Source: Planctomycetota bacterium (GTDB taxonomy: Bacteria; Planctomycetota; UBA8108; SXIK01). From it: a DNA stretch of 64,000 nucleotides. Below the pieces are notes generated by a model. It was given only the letters and a program-made list of their open reading frames with translations, had not been told where the DNA came from and ran no database searches. The DNA lies in assembly GCA_965223845.1 (NCBI GenBank), contig CBDCXR010000004.1:6368001-6432000 (forward strand). The letters run 5' to 3'. Below are positions 24,001-28,190 of this stretch, piece by piece. A program made the translations under genes and the position numbers. Positions within the stretch are counted from its first letter, which is position 1. Each line of letters opens with the position of its first letter.

Positions 24001-25067
24001 TGAGCGGGAATTCGTTTACGGTCGCGAGCGGAGCGCCGGCCGGAACGTTCGTGGGGGTGGTTTCGGCGTCGGACCCGAACCCGGGCGATCGACTCCAATA
24101 CAGCATCATCGCGGGGAACACGGGCGGCGCGTTCGCGATCGACGAGGTGAGCGGCTCGATTGCGGTCGCGAGCGCAGCGCTCGTCGACGCTTCGGTCCAG
24201 TCGCTCTACGTCCTCACGGTGCTGGTCGCCGACGACGGCTTCCCGTCGCTTTCGTCGACGGCTTCCGTCGCGATCGCGATCGAGCCGCCGAGTGGTGGTC
24301 CGACCGGTACGCCCACGGACCCGGATCCGTCCGGTTCGGACGATCCGACCGATCCGACGGACCCAACGGATCCGAGTGATCCAGGCGATACCGCTGATCC
24401 GACGGACCCGGGACCCGAGGACGATGGCGGCGGTGATGCCGACTCCGGCGACCCCACCTCGCCCGAAGAGCCGGGGGCGTCGCCTGATCCCGACTCCGAG
24501 CTCGATCCCGACTTGATCGACCCCGAACCGTTCGACGATCTCTTCCCGGACTTTGATCCGTTCGGATCCGCTCCCCCGGAGGACGATCCGATCCTCGATC
24601 CGGTCGCACCGCCGGACGGCGAAGCGCCGTCACCGACCGAGCCCGTGACGACGCTCGTTTCGAACCGACGTTCGACTCGGACTCTGGGAAGCAGCACGCC
24701 GACTTTGATTCCGGACGTGAACGATCTGCCCCCGCCCGAGTTCCTCGCTCCCGATACCGAATCTCTCTACGCGGCTGTCGACATGATGGCAGCGGAGATC
24801 GAGGAGTCGGTGGAGCAGGAGAATCTCGACTACAGCTTCGTCATGGGACCCGTCAAGATCAGCGCCCTCGCGGTGACGGCGGGGTACCTCATCTGGATCC
24901 TCCGCGTCGGCGCGCTCGCGGCGGCGTGGCTGTCGTCGTCGCCGCTATGGGTTCGCTTCGATCCGCTGCCCGTTCTCGCGTCGAAGCGATCGAAAGAAGA
25001 AGAGGCGAAGAGGAAACGCACGGACGAGGAGGATCGCCGCGAAACCGGCGATCTATTCGACGCCTAG
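3..25067 (+). CDS. Giant repetitive surface adhesin, 5'-truncated by window edge (cadherin/Ig-like, CSPG-type repeats, 2 LamG domains, beta-propeller repeat clusters, Calx-beta-like domain, C-terminal hydrophobic segment)
   Basis: The 8349-aa ORF is open upstream of GTG18 (GGC GCT GAG GTT CTC GTG = GAEVLV), so the true start is outside the window. It has NDAP/NDPP domain linkers, DxD Ca-binding motifs and LamG signatures (DGQWHTYTLT..FIDG; DGAWHHVTG..YIDG). It ends in a Pro/Thr/Asp linker and GYLIWILRVGALAAAWLSSSPLWVRFDPLPVL. Confidence 0.92.
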   Translation, partial: GAEVLVNTETADVQDTADLAMDDAGNFVVVWESSNQDGTATGIYGQRFDATGAPQGAEFRVSPLAQNRGAQPSVAMDADGDFVVAWRDIDGNEIEAQRYDASGVAQGGVIVVSPPTADSVINTLVEMNSTGDFVVVWDEYNTTVLEYTNVYAQRYDSSGTPYGPRLTANSTVTGEQHSPGVSYEDSGRLRFVYSGNGPGDVGGIFLQQYRTANLSFSTGDGVGDAAMTFTATQSHANAVLSGLTYQPNASFVGLDTLTLTTNDLGNTGTPGSLIDADIVNITVTGTTSPGLILATTDDVATSGVNGLPSWSAGTGVEAGDPGLALEPGTTAGTFSAAFDLDPFAADSSVELVGLHYVGKAITIGTTNTVALLPGDVLFTVESGAGETLTSTNSVSLASNDVVRFRPDLPGDYGTGTFEVVLEAPVPNPIRALSLIESTTTLPDTTLDAGDFLFGLNQTGTANDVFLYEVTDAGAGTTSGTLSTLITGDDISMGTGSVASENLAGLDFVESDLVVGGRSLSEGTLLVTLSSDDAAVGTNSLSTTARDIFVLDISTTTRGTGTTAATANLLFEGVDAGFDVVQEEIVAMALLPVVGVAPQLDLDADDSSAAGADYTTSWTEDAGPVSIADSDATVTDIDSANLASITVTITNLLDGTAEVLAADTTGTSITAAYSSGTGVLVLSGSDTVANYEQVLRTVTYNNSSDTPDTTSRVITFQASDGVNTGSPATTTLTVFPHNDSPFLDLDADDSVVVGTGYSTTFTEGGPPVAVADTDAILTDADNSNLLRLTVRITNQLDGAAELLDADVSGTSITKSYDSGTGILTLDGNDTLANYVQVLRTVTYENTSEAPDTTTRSLEFIGSGPGALPTNFSNLAYTDVTIVATNDPPVNAVPGAQSTAQDTDLVFSSGGGNGISVSDVDAGAAAIEVTLSVTNGTLSIDLTGALGPEATANATTANPQETPAVAVAPDGTYVVVWGSDAQDGDSYGIYGRRFDADGVAIGGEFQVNTATANSQQIPAIAMDDSGNFVVVWESLLQDGDSWGVFAQRFDATAAKVGGEFQVNTTTASIQRSPDVAMDSDGDFVVAWQTLGQDGSSYAVYAQRYDSTGTAQGAEFQVNTTSANTQDSPVVAMDASGEFVVAWESTDQDGSGDGIYSRRYDAAGTPLSGEVQVHSTTAGAQSSPAIAMDAGGDYVIVWESADADQFGIFGQRFDGSGAAVGGEFPVNTETANDQLLSAVAVDPAGGFVVAWQSWGQDGSGYGIYAQRFDASGTAVGDEFPLSSTTLNDQINVTLAVSDAGQIVAAWDGETAGDTQGIAVRRFRPPAVTFTTGDGTNDATIVFTGTLPHANQALEGLTYTPNASYVGSDTLTVTVDDLGNTGAPGALQDVDAVAITVFDPAPQLDLDADDSAAAGIDFAATWTEDGGPIAVADTDAALADVDSANLSSLVVTITNQLDGTAEVLSADTTGTSIVASYVAATGVLTLSGADSVASYQQVLRTTTYDNTASTPDATARVITYVASDGTHNSSVATTTLAMSITTSPGRAIWRNSGDFTPDSSVWNGIAFVGAQNTANIGDLRWLDAAVAPTRDEVIVVGVDFIGLVNGEIWNGSEWTALPFNSLTFASDPGNQVVDVAYESQSGHALLVWTNNNVGSESVSFRVWDGATWSDEATITAPSTTWARELRLEANPLSDEMILVASDDDATEWAAVWDGSSWGDTVLLDSATASDRKEIGVAYESQSGHALVVYDATGNGSDLNYRTWDGATWSSQQTLTAPFGTHLDNDLEYTALASDPTSNRIALGVVASGTQNENWFAIWDGSTWGDELLASTLALAGSLDVAVGFESQSGDLLVTYTEPSTQPRYRTWSSGGGWSGPLLLPDIGAFPDVMLLEPDPHTNALMLSVQDSASDLHYLLWDGAKWGADQELSTNTGETVYQPFTFLFSKALLPPVLDLDANNSTASGIAFATTWTEHGGPVAIADVDATLIDDGANLTSLTVTISNLFDAPAEILAADTSGTAISANYVAATGTLTLSGLDSVANYEQVLRTVTYDNTSEVSDDTARVIHFVASDGTNTSAFAPTTLTIIASNDPPVNVVPATQSTDTDTELVFSGATGNPVTVGDVDAAAGDTLEVTLAVANGTLSLGAAGAFADQVTVNSSNGGEQREVEIAATPTGEFIAVWDSNHTGSREIYAQIYDASGNPVGGEFRVNQATSGTQFQATVSVDDAGNFVVVWRGNPGADTDIYARMFDSAGNPTTGDILVNSTLPGDQGEVDVAMDSDGDFVVVWEGFDVDNEGVFGRRFDSSGTASGLEFKINTYTTGQQDDPRVASAGDGRFVVVWESDGQDGDGEGVYGQLYDGTGAAVGGEFLVTTTTSDSQNEPDVAMDDAGNFTVIWQMDDVDERGVFFQRFDAAGTKLGGETQVNTETAWSQTRAAISMNGAGEFVVAWQSEGQDGSGLGVYARRYDSSGAALGGEIPLASDTAGDQTAPAVAVHDSGFVTAWEGAGGGDATTISARRYENIDIAFTAGDGAEDATVSIQGSKAELNAVLDGLIFRPNAGFVGYDALTVTTNDLGNTGAPGALQDVDNVAIAVGTPGVVITATSPVQPVGAEFRVNSTTANQQALPDAASDADGNTVVVWQSDLQDDGSSKGIYGQRYDAAGNTVGGEFLVNTTVVGDQASPSIAMAPDGRFVVVWDSAGQDGDGTGVYGQLFDASGVAVGSEFQIHATTTGNQDNASVAMANDGSFVVVWQSSTGDASGFGVVGRRFDATGAAKDREFGVNDTEAGDQFGPSVATDADGDFVVTWTSNGQDGSGFGVYAQRFDREGNDRGPEFLVSTATANDQSDSVVAMDAAGNFVIAWRSDLQDGSSGGVYAQRYAADGTALGSEFAVNTTTADDQREPAIAMNDAGDFVIAWTSHLQDGSAGAAILRGFAADGTPASAELQVNTATANEQSRPRIAADAAGGFTVAWQSALQDGSQEGVYARRFTQTTTEAGGTATFEVVLAGPPTDNVVATLALSDGSEGSLSATSLVFTTADWSTPQTVTVTGLADGLTDGDIAYSVMTDSSTSLDARYAAIDPADVRLVNIDATVADAIVVAANDAYNTNEDTPIVFDPTTNDFDAESQAITVVEFTQPANGTVVDNGDGTFTYTPDLEFSGADSFDYVAIDAGAGLQHYWALDGDANDSVAAANGTLNGTSTVAGDIGNGLGFNETSDYVLLPDVTYAGEFTISFEFKIDDNPGTLFQYLYSHGDINTFNSVNVFLSESGHPSDPNLLRAVVRDGDDTLDNFALQVDVSALIGDGQWHTYTLTAGAGGLEVFIDGVSAASDPTRGTGGINPTGGVYLGARHDLEIDRYYGGALDSVQIFSSALDSSQVSAIAGTVNRATVNLTVDPVNDVPVLDLDANDSAAAGVDFAASWVENFGPVAIADSDASLTDVDSATLDSLTVTITNQLDGTAEVLAADTTGTSIVATYVGATGILTLSGTDSVANYEQVLRTVTYDSSSDVPDQTARVITFVANDGSDPSPVATTTVAITAENDVNVITTSSGNVSYTEQSSPVVIDSGLTLVDPDGADGTDPASGFVAAIRIETNFDPGDVLGFTDTANIVGSFVGNQLVLSVRGGETASVAEFEAALRTVTFANNADAPSAATRTISFTFDDGIDSGAPATRDLDFTAENDPPVNAVPGAQQTAVDTDLVFSAATGNGLSTSDSDAGNALLEMSLDVSSGALTLNTNGFVGGETLSNVFSPSTPSPAGVQSSPRVAVAPDGTYVMVWESPDADGTGVYAMRFDAAGNPLWAQFRVNSTETLDQSRPVIAMDSAGNFVIAWSDDSGAGTIRARRFTATGGSIGGEFQVNTTTADVQSAPALAVDAAGNFFLAWESMNQDGSQNGVYGQFYSSSGSALGGEILVNTNTSGSQQAPAASYDSAGNLVVVWEDETQDGSGFGIYGQRYDAARNPVGGEFLVNSTTADVQSTPDLAHDSSGGFVVVWESNLSDGSGFGIYGQRYDASGTKVGGEFLVNSTTAGSQTDPSIAIAADDSFWVSWTDAGGLDGDGEGVFAQRFDASATPIGGEFRINTTVSGGQHASDIDVNVDGRMIVAWAGEGVGDADGVFAQQIQAIDLTFSVGDGIDEASMTLRGSANDLNVALDGLVYTPNAIYVGGDLLTITVDDLGSTGSPGALQDADNVSITVYDPAPQLDLDADDSAAAGVDFATTWTEGAGPVAIADVDAAVSDFDSATLASITVTITNQLDGTDEVLAADTTGTSIVASYVAATGVLTLSGADSVANYEQVLRTITYDNLAVAPDSTARVITAQATDGATSSLVATSTVSMNVAPTDLIIDSEGTAEQIVNSFTTGNQNRPAIASFADGGVIVAWSSDGQDGDGEGIYAQRLDRDGNPVGGEFLVNQTTVDTQSLPSVAAFADGGFVVAWQDQNTGFSAWTEARVYDSGGNPVTAEFQYSGGLEGYHPTVLALDANRFVVTWNERVDATTDTLKAQIYDRTGAAIGGEIVLGDLVGSAGRFGSDTETALLTSGGFAVAWLSNDDAGTTPETRLRMFDSNGVATSGQILVGGDGDPDVAGLVDGNIAIVYGDGGDVSGQVFAPDGTVVVSEFTVNSTTTGVQVSPTVTELPGGGFFVSWQSDSGDGDGTAILGQRFDATSSPVGGEILINTTATGNQRLPEAAQTSEGRVRLVWFSAAQDGSGDAVVSRVVAVGGRVLENSANGTVVANVTDVIDANVADTHTYSLTDNAGGRFGIDVNSGAISVADGSLLDFETDPSHTITVRVTDSAGLTYDEVLTIAVIDVNESPTLGTNALVISEGGTVVFGGSELSASDPESAPGLLQFTVSGVTGGQFEEAASPGVAITSFTQAQVTAGDIQFVHDGGEAAPSYSVTVSDGALSDGPHAATVTFTNQNDPPVIGNNALTISEGGTVVLSATEFSATDIDTLDSTLQFTVSGVTNGQFEEVANPGVAVTTFTQAQVTSGAIQFVHNGGEAAPAYSVTVSDGALSDGPEAATITFSNVNDVPAVDLDADDSNSPGLDFATTWTEGLGPVAVTDADAVVSDVDSANLISLTVTITNSIDGVNEVLAADTTGTSITASYDAGTSVLTLSGSDSLANYQQVLRTVTYDNTAGNPNTSVRSLAFVASDSGGPSSTATTTLSIVAGVNQGLVGHYQLDEGSGTIAVDSSSFGWDGVHAGPTNPVHVDGRVGSGALDFAGDFDRVEVPDAPDGHLDFGAGDFSVSFWLNTTQVPASESRLVGKQAGGATPGFIFFTDSFGDINFAGGDGASQELVWGSGALDGAWHHVTGQRVGNQFQLYIDGVLVDSTTGSISSIDNAEALVMGASSAEYDGVLDDIRLYDHALTVGEIGALANPPRVDLDADNSVSPGDAFATTWVEGSGPVNVADADAIVTDGNDADLVSLTITIANQLDGALEVLSADTTGTSISASYDSGTGTLTLSGIDSVANYQQVLRTVTYDNGSDAPNSTTRTLEVVADDGMIQSNVAIATVSITPTNDSPTAVADTDSVAEGETVTIDLAANDTDPDSALDLNSIVIVSGPSNGSVVVNGDGTVDYTHDGSETTSDSFTYTIDDLPGATSNTATVSVTITAQNDAPVLGNNALTITEGGTVVLSSAELTATDVDDLDSSLQFTVSGVTGGRFEEVASPGVAITSFTQAQVTAGDIQFVHDGGEAAPAYSVTVSDGSLTDGPEAATITFTNQNDPPVIGNNALTIAEGGTVVLSAAELSATDIDTVDSTLQFTVSSVTNGQFEEVANPGVSVTTFTQAQVTAGAIQFVHNGGETAPSYSVTVSDGSLSDGPEAATITFTNQNDPPVIGNNALTITEGGTVVLSGAQLSATDVDTLDSTLQFTVSGVTNGQFEEVANPGVAITSFTQAQVTSGAVQFVHNGGEAAPSYSVTVSDGSLTDGPEAAAITFTNENDAPVLGNNALTITEGGTVVLSGAELAATDIDDVDSTLQFAVSSVSNGQFEEVANPGVSVTTFTQAQVTAGAIQFVHNGGEAAPAYSVTVSDGSLSDGPEAAAITFTNQNDPPVLGNNALTVTEGGTVVLSGAQLSATDVDDVDSTLQFTVSGVTGGQFEEVANPGVAITSFTQAQVTSGAIQFVHNGGESAPAYSVAVSDGSLTDGPEAAAITFTNQNDPPVLGNNALTIAEGGSVVLSATELSATDIDTLDSTLQFTVSGVTNGQFEEVANPGVAVTSFAQAQVAAGAIQFVHNGGEVAPSYSVMVSDGSLSDGPEAAAITFTNQNDPPVIGNNALTIAEGGTVVLSAAELSATDVETLDSTLQFTVSGVTGGQFEEVANPGVAITSFTQAQVTSGAIQFVHNGGESTPAYSVTVSDGSLSDGPEAATVTFTNQNDPPVIGNNALTIAEGGTVVLSGTQLSATDVDDLDSTLQFTVSGVTGGRFEELANPGIAITSFTQAQVTSGDIQFVHDGGEAAPAYSVTVSDGSLSDGPEAATITFTNQNDPPVIGNNALTVSEGGTVVLSAAELSATDIDDVDSTLQFTVSGVTNGQFEEVANPGVSITSFTQAQVTSGAIQFVHNGGEAAPSYSVTVSDGALSDGPEAAAITFTNQNDAPMLGNNALTIAEGGTVVLSSAELSGTDIDTLDSTLQFTVSGVTNGQFEEVANFGIAITSFTQAQVTSGAIQFVHNGGEAAPSYSVTVSDGSLSDGPEAATITFTNQNDPPVLGNNALTITEGGTVVLSGAELSATDIDDVDSTLQFTVSGLTGGQFEEVASPGVAVTSFTQAQVAAGDIQFVHDGGEAAPAYSVAVSDGSLSDGPEAATVTFTNQNDPPVIGNNALTIGEGGTVVLSAAELSATDIDDVDSTLQFTVSGVTNGQFEEVANPGVSITSFTQAQVTSGAIQFVHNGGEAAPSYSVTVSDGALSDGPEAATITFTSQNDPPVIGNNALTIDEGGTVVLSAAELSATDIDDVDSTLQFTVSGVTNGQFEEVANPGVAITSFTQAQVTSGAIQFVHNGGEAAPAYSVTVSDGSLSDGPEVATITFTNQNDAPVIGSNALTIGEGGTVVLSAAELSATDIDDVDSTLQFTVSGVTNGQFEEVANPGVAITSFTQAQVTSGAIQFVHNGGEAAPAYSVTVSDGSLSDGPEAVAITFTNQNDAPVLGNNALTITEGGTVVLSGTELSATDIDTLDSTLQFTVSGVTNGQFEEVANPGVAVTSFTQAQVTSGAIQFVHDGGEAAPSYSVAVSDGALSDGPGAATITFTNQNDAPVLGNNALTITEGGTIVLSATELSATDVESVDSTLQFTVSGVINGQFEEVANPGVAVTSFTQAQVTSGAIQFVHDGGEAAPSYSVTVSDGGLSDGPEAAAITFTNQNDAPVLGNNALTITEGGTVVLSGTELSATDIDTLDSTLQFTVSGVTNGQFEEVANPGVAVTSFTQAQVTSGAIQFVHDGGEAAPSYSVAVSDGSLSDGPEAAAITFTNQNDAPVLGNNTLTITEGGTVVLSGTELSATDIDTLESTLQFTVSGVTNGQFEEVANFGIAITSFTQAQVTSGAIQFVHNGGEAAPSYSVAVSDGSLSDGPEAAAITFTNQNDAPVLGNNALTITEGGTVVLSGTELSATDIDTLESTLQFTVSGVTNGQFEEVANPGVAVTSFTQAQVTSGAIQFVHDGGEAAPSYSVAVSDGALSDGPEAAAITFTNQNDAPVLGNNALTITEGGTIVLSATELSATDVESVDSTLQFTVSGVINGQFEEVANPGVAVTSFTQAQVTSGAIQFVHDGGEAAPNYSVTVSDGALSDGPEAATITFTNQNDAPTAVADVGIVAEGGSATLDLAGNDIDPEGALDLTSIRIVDSPSNGSIVVNDDGTIDYTHDGSETTTDSFTYTVDDAVSATSNVATVSVTVTPQNDNPALVANAPVSVIEGELVAITTTDLHVTDVDNLASEIVYTVVAGPQNGQLELVSNPGVAIGSFTQAEIDAGELVYLHDGSLTSTGDFEFTVSDGAGGAIGLTTYTINVTPANLAPSVSGNSFTVASGAPAGTFVGVVSASDPNPGDRLQYSIIAGNTGGAFAIDEVSGSIAVASAALVDASVQSLYVLTVLVADDGFPSLSSTASVAIAIEPPSGGPTGTPTDPDPSGSDDPTDPTDPTDPSDPGDTADPTDPGPEDDGGGDADSGDPTSPEEPGASPDPDSELDPDLIDPEPFDDLFPDFDPFGSAPPEDDPILDPVAPPDGEAPSPTEPVTTLVSNRRSTRTLGSSTPTLIPDVNDLPPPEFLAPDTESLYAAVDMMAAEIEESVEQENLDYSFVMGPVKISALAVTAGYLIWILRVGALAAAWLSSSPLWVRFDPLPVLASKRSKEEEAKRKRTDEEDRRETGDLFDA
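14400..15053 (+). repeat. Two copies of the 327-bp (109-aa) CSPG/cadherin-like repeat
   Basis: Units start at 14400 and 14727. Consensus is N(E/D)xPx(L/I)GxNALxISEGGTVV...FTQAQVTxGxIQFVHxGGEAAP. Confidence 0.9.
16818..23357 (+). repeat. Tandem array of 20 x 327-bp (109-aa) CSPG/cadherin-like repeats inside the adhesin
   Basis: The AAC/AAT-GAC/GAT (ND) unit start recurs at 16818, 17145, 17472 ... 23031 with exact 327-bp period. The array ends at 23358 (NDAPTAVAD). Confidence 0.95.
24295..24650 (+). repeat. Low-complexity Pro/Asp/Thr-rich linker (DPTDPTDPTDPSDP)
   Basis: Short GATCCGACC-like repeats encode DPT units before the C-terminal hydrophobic segment. Confidence 0.75.
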
Positions 25068-25203
25068 GCGCGCGCTGCCGGTCGCGCATCCGCCGTTCTC
25101 ACGCTGCACCGGGAACTGCCGGTGATCCGCTCGTCGTGGTGATGCGCGGAAACGGTGAACGGAGCGTCCTCAGGGAGAAAGATGAGAGACGCCGACCATC
25201 GCT

Positions 25204-26133
25204 TCACTTCACCGCGGTGACCGGGACTTCCCGCGCCCGCCCGGCGACGCGATCCGGATCGAGCCGCGACGGGAGGAGCGCGGCGGCGTTCTCGGCCGCG
25301 GCCGCGATCCCACGCCGAACGGACTCGACGAGATCGAGCCCCTCGGCGAGCGCCCACGCGATGCCCGCGGCCATGCAGTCCCCGCAGCCGATGACGTTGA
25401 CGACTTCGGTAGCGAGGCTCCCGAGCGTCCAAGTGGATTCGCCATCGCTCAGCCACGTCGCACGATCGCCGTCGCTCACGACAACGTTCTCCGCTCCCCG
25501 CGAATGAAGCTCGGCGATGGCGCCGCGAAGCTCGTCCTCACCGCTCAGCTCGCGGCCGACCGTACGCGCGAGCTCGGCGCGATTCGGCTTCACGAGAAAC
25601 GGCCGCCGCGCGAGCGCTTCTGTGAGCTCGGGACCACGCGCGTCGATGATCACCCGGGCGCGGGGGGGAGTCTCGTCCATCAGCTCGCCGTAGATTCGGG
25701 TGGGGACACCGCCCGGGAGTGAGCCGCTCAGGACGACGAGTTGCGCTTGCGTCGCCGCGTTTCGGTACGCCTTCATGAACGCGGCGAGCTCGTCTGCGGT
25801 GACGGGGCTCGCGTTCTCGACGAGCTCGGTCGTCTCGCCCGTCGACGCGTCGAGGATGGTCGTACACACGCGAGTGCGGCACGCGGTCTTCACCCACTCC
25901 GCTGAGGCGCCCAGCTCCATGAACTCATCTTCGATCGCGCGACCCGTGGCGCCGCCGCACAACCCGACGGTCTTCGATCGCGCCCCGAGGAAATGAAGCG
26001 CGAGACCGACGTTCGTCACCTTTCCGGACGCCGTCCAGTGGGCTTCCTGCGCGCGGTTGACGTCGCCGGTCTGCACCGACGCGAAGCGAAGCATCTGCTG
26101 CCAGGCCGGGGTGAGCCCCGCCGCGACGATCAC
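25204..26133 (-). CDS. 1-phosphofructokinase/tagatose-6-P kinase-like PfkB family sugar kinase
   Basis: Motifs GLTPAWQ, SGKVTNVG, LSGSLPGG, KPNRAEL, VNVIGCGDCMAAG. The GTG start at 26133 overlaps the upstream ADH stop (GTGA). The longer ORF-track start is an artefactual extension. Confidence 0.88.
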   Translation of the reverse strand: MIVAAGLTPAWQQMLRFASVQTGDVNRAQEAHWTASGKVTNVGLALHFLGARSKTVGLCGGATGRAIEDEFMELGASAEWVKTACRTRVCTTILDASTGETTELVENASPVTADELAAFMKAYRNAATQAQLVVLSGSLPGGVPTRIYGELMDETPPRARVIIDARGPELTEALARRPFLVKPNRAELARTVGRELSGEDELRGAIAELHSRGAENVVVSDGDRATWLSDGESTWTLGSLATEVVNVIGCGDCMAAGIAWALAEGLDLVESVRRGIAAAAENAAALLPSRLDPDRVAGRAREVPVTAVK

Positions 26134-27326
26134 CACTCGGCCTCGAGGAGCGCGCGAAGCTCGTCGTCCGACACTTCGCGCGGATTGCCGCTCATGCTGT
26201 TTCCGCGCGAGCCGCGGACGATCGCGGGCAGCGCGCTCCGATCGACGCCGATATCGCGAAGCCGCCGCGGGATGTCGATCTCTTCGTACAGTCGATCGAT
26301 CCATTCGAGCGCGGCATCGACCGCGGCTGCGCCGTCGATCGCCGGATTTCCCGAGAGAACGCGTCCGAGCTCGGCGATCTCGCCGGCTCGGACCTCGCGG
26401 TTGACGCGTAGAGCCGCGGGGAGCATCACCGCGCACGCGAGGCCATGGGGAACATCGCACTCGATCCCGAGCGCGGCGGCGACGCCGTGCGCGAGACCGA
26501 GGCCCGAGTTCGCGAGAGCGAGGCCGCTCAAGAGCGCGGCGTGCGCTAGGCGCTCGCGTGCGACTTGAGCCACCGGGTCGGCGCCGCGAGTGACTGCCGT
26601 CGAGATGTGAGGCGCGGCGAGCGAGATTCCCTGACGCGCGAGAGCCTGGGGGATCGGGCGAGCACGTTTCGAGATGAAGCTCTCGATGAGCTGCGTGAGC
26701 GCGTCCATGCCGGTGTATGCGGTCGTTGCCGGCGGGAGCGACTGCGTGAGCTCGGGATCCACGAGGGCGATGCGCGGAATCATTCGATCCGATCGTAGAC
26801 TCTTCTTGAAGGCGGGATCTCGTCCCGAAATCACCGCGTTCTTCGTCGCTTCGGTTCCAGTGCCGGCGGTCGTCGGCACTGCGAGCATCGCGAGCGGATC
26901 GTTGGCGAGCTGGAGACCCGTGCCGACGCCCTCGAGATAGTCTCGAACGGTGTCGCTCTCCGTGTTGGTCGCCATGGCGCTCGCCGCCTTCGCGAGGTCG
27001 AGCGCGGAGCCGCCGCCGATGCCGAGAACGAAGTCCCCGCGGCGAACACCCGCCGCGCGGATCGTTGCGGTCGCTGCGTCGACATCCTCGACGAGCGGCT
27101 CACGCGCGATCGCGGCGACGTCGACGGTGTCGATCTCCGCCTCTCGCAGCGTGTCGAGAATGCTTCCGAGAACGCCGCTCGAGGCGAGCGTTCGCGATCC
27201 GCTTACGACGAAGGCCCGCCGGCCGAGAGTCGCGGCCCACTCACCGATTTCGGCGCGGCGCCCCCAACCGAAGACGATGCGCGCGGGAGCGAGGAAATCG
27301 TAGCGGGCGGAAAAGGCGGGCTCCAT
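26130..27326 (-). CDS. Iron-containing alcohol dehydrogenase
   Basis: Motifs GIGGGSALDLAKA, VPTTAGTGTEAT, ALVDPEL, GMDALTQLIE, GLGLAHG, PHGLACA. Confidence 0.93.
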   Translation of the reverse strand: MEPAFSARYDFLAPARIVFGWGRRAEIGEWAATLGRRAFVVSGSRTLASSGVLGSILDTLREAEIDTVDVAAIAREPLVEDVDAATATIRAAGVRRGDFVLGIGGGSALDLAKAASAMATNTESDTVRDYLEGVGTGLQLANDPLAMLAVPTTAGTGTEATKNAVISGRDPAFKKSLRSDRMIPRIALVDPELTQSLPPATTAYTGMDALTQLIESFISKRARPIPQALARQGISLAAPHISTAVTRGADPVAQVARERLAHAALLSGLALANSGLGLAHGVAAALGIECDVPHGLACAVMLPAALRVNREVRAGEIAELGRVLSGNPAIDGAAAVDAALEWIDRLYEEIDIPRRLRDIGVDRSALPAIVRGSRGNSMSGNPREVSDDELRALLEAEW

Positions 27327-27491
27327 CGGTTCAGTCGCTCCGTGGGACGTCGGGTTGAGACCTGGTTCTCGGGAGACGCAAGAGCGAAGCGGCGAGTCGC
27401 CGTAGGCCGAGTCCCGGCCCGCAGGCGTCGCCGCGACGATCGGGGTGTGGTTCTAACACAGTGAGGGCTCGGAGAGGCGAGCGGGTCCCGC

Positions 27492-28190
27492 TCAGACCCG
27501 CACCTCGACGATCCCGTCGCGCTCGCGGACGTCATATCTCGATGCCGAGATTCCCGCCATCGTTCGACACTCCCCGCTCTCGAGGTCGAAGGTCCAGCCG
27601 TGGAACGGGCAGGTGACCGCGTCCTCGATCACGACACCGGTCGCGAGAGTTCCACCCTTCATGTGCGGGCAGAGGTTGTCGAGCGCGAAGAGCCCACGGC
27701 TCGTCTTGAACACGGCGAGGATGTGGCGTCCGGCCTTGACCTTGAGGCCGCCGTCCTCCGGGAGGTCGTCGCTCTGTGCGACCTCGATCCACTCGCGAGC
27801 GCTCTCGTCGTCGGGAGTCGCCTCGGTCGGACTCGGAGCCGGGGTCGTCTGCTCCGCGGCTCCGAGGTGGGCGAGCTCGGGGCGATCCATGTCGAGAAGG
27901 ACGTCGATCGCATCGACGACGCGAGTCAGTCCCGCACAGGGATAGGAACAGAGGATCGCGTCGAGAATCTCGTCGGCGCTCGCTCCCTCGTCCAGCGCGC
28001 GTCCGACGTATTGCTCGAGGCCGCGCGGCGAGAAGTTGATCACCTTCGTCACGATCGAGATGAGAAACCGCGTCTTCGGCTCGAGGTGGCGGGCCGATTC
28101 GGCGAAGAACTTGAGGAGATGTTCCGCTGCGGCCGGTCGCTGTGCCCGGAGGACCGCCAGTCCGCGAGATTTTCCCTTTGGCTTGCCCAA
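27492..28190 (-). CDS. Carboxymuconolactone decarboxylase (CMD/AhpD)-like domain fused to a Rieske [2Fe-2S] ferredoxin domain
   Basis: N-terminal LEPKTRFLISI..RALDEGASADEILDAI is a CMD-fold pattern. C-terminal CPH..CPFHGWTFDLESG is the Rieske motif. A TTG start at 28190 follows GGAG (ORF track start 28223). Confidence 0.8.
   Translation of the reverse strand: MGKPKGKSRGLAVLRAQRPAAAEHLLKFFAESARHLEPKTRFLISIVTKVINFSPRGLEQYVGRALDEGASADEILDAILCSYPCAGLTRVVDAIDVLLDMDRPELAHLGAAEQTTPAPSPTEATPDDESAREWIEVAQSDDLPEDGGLKVKAGRHILAVFKTSRGLFALDNLCPHMKGGTLATGVVIEDAVTCPFHGWTFDLESGECRTMAGISASRYDVRERDGIVEVRV

Noticed and set aside
219-24697. Many 100-690-aa antisense and alternate-frame ORFs inside the giant gene
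   Set aside because: Arg-rich shadow ORFs expected from high GC3 codon usage; no recognisable motifs.
26134-26460. N-terminal extension of the PfkB ORF given in the ORF track
   Set aside because: It overlaps the ADH gene; the PfkB motif starts at GTG26133.
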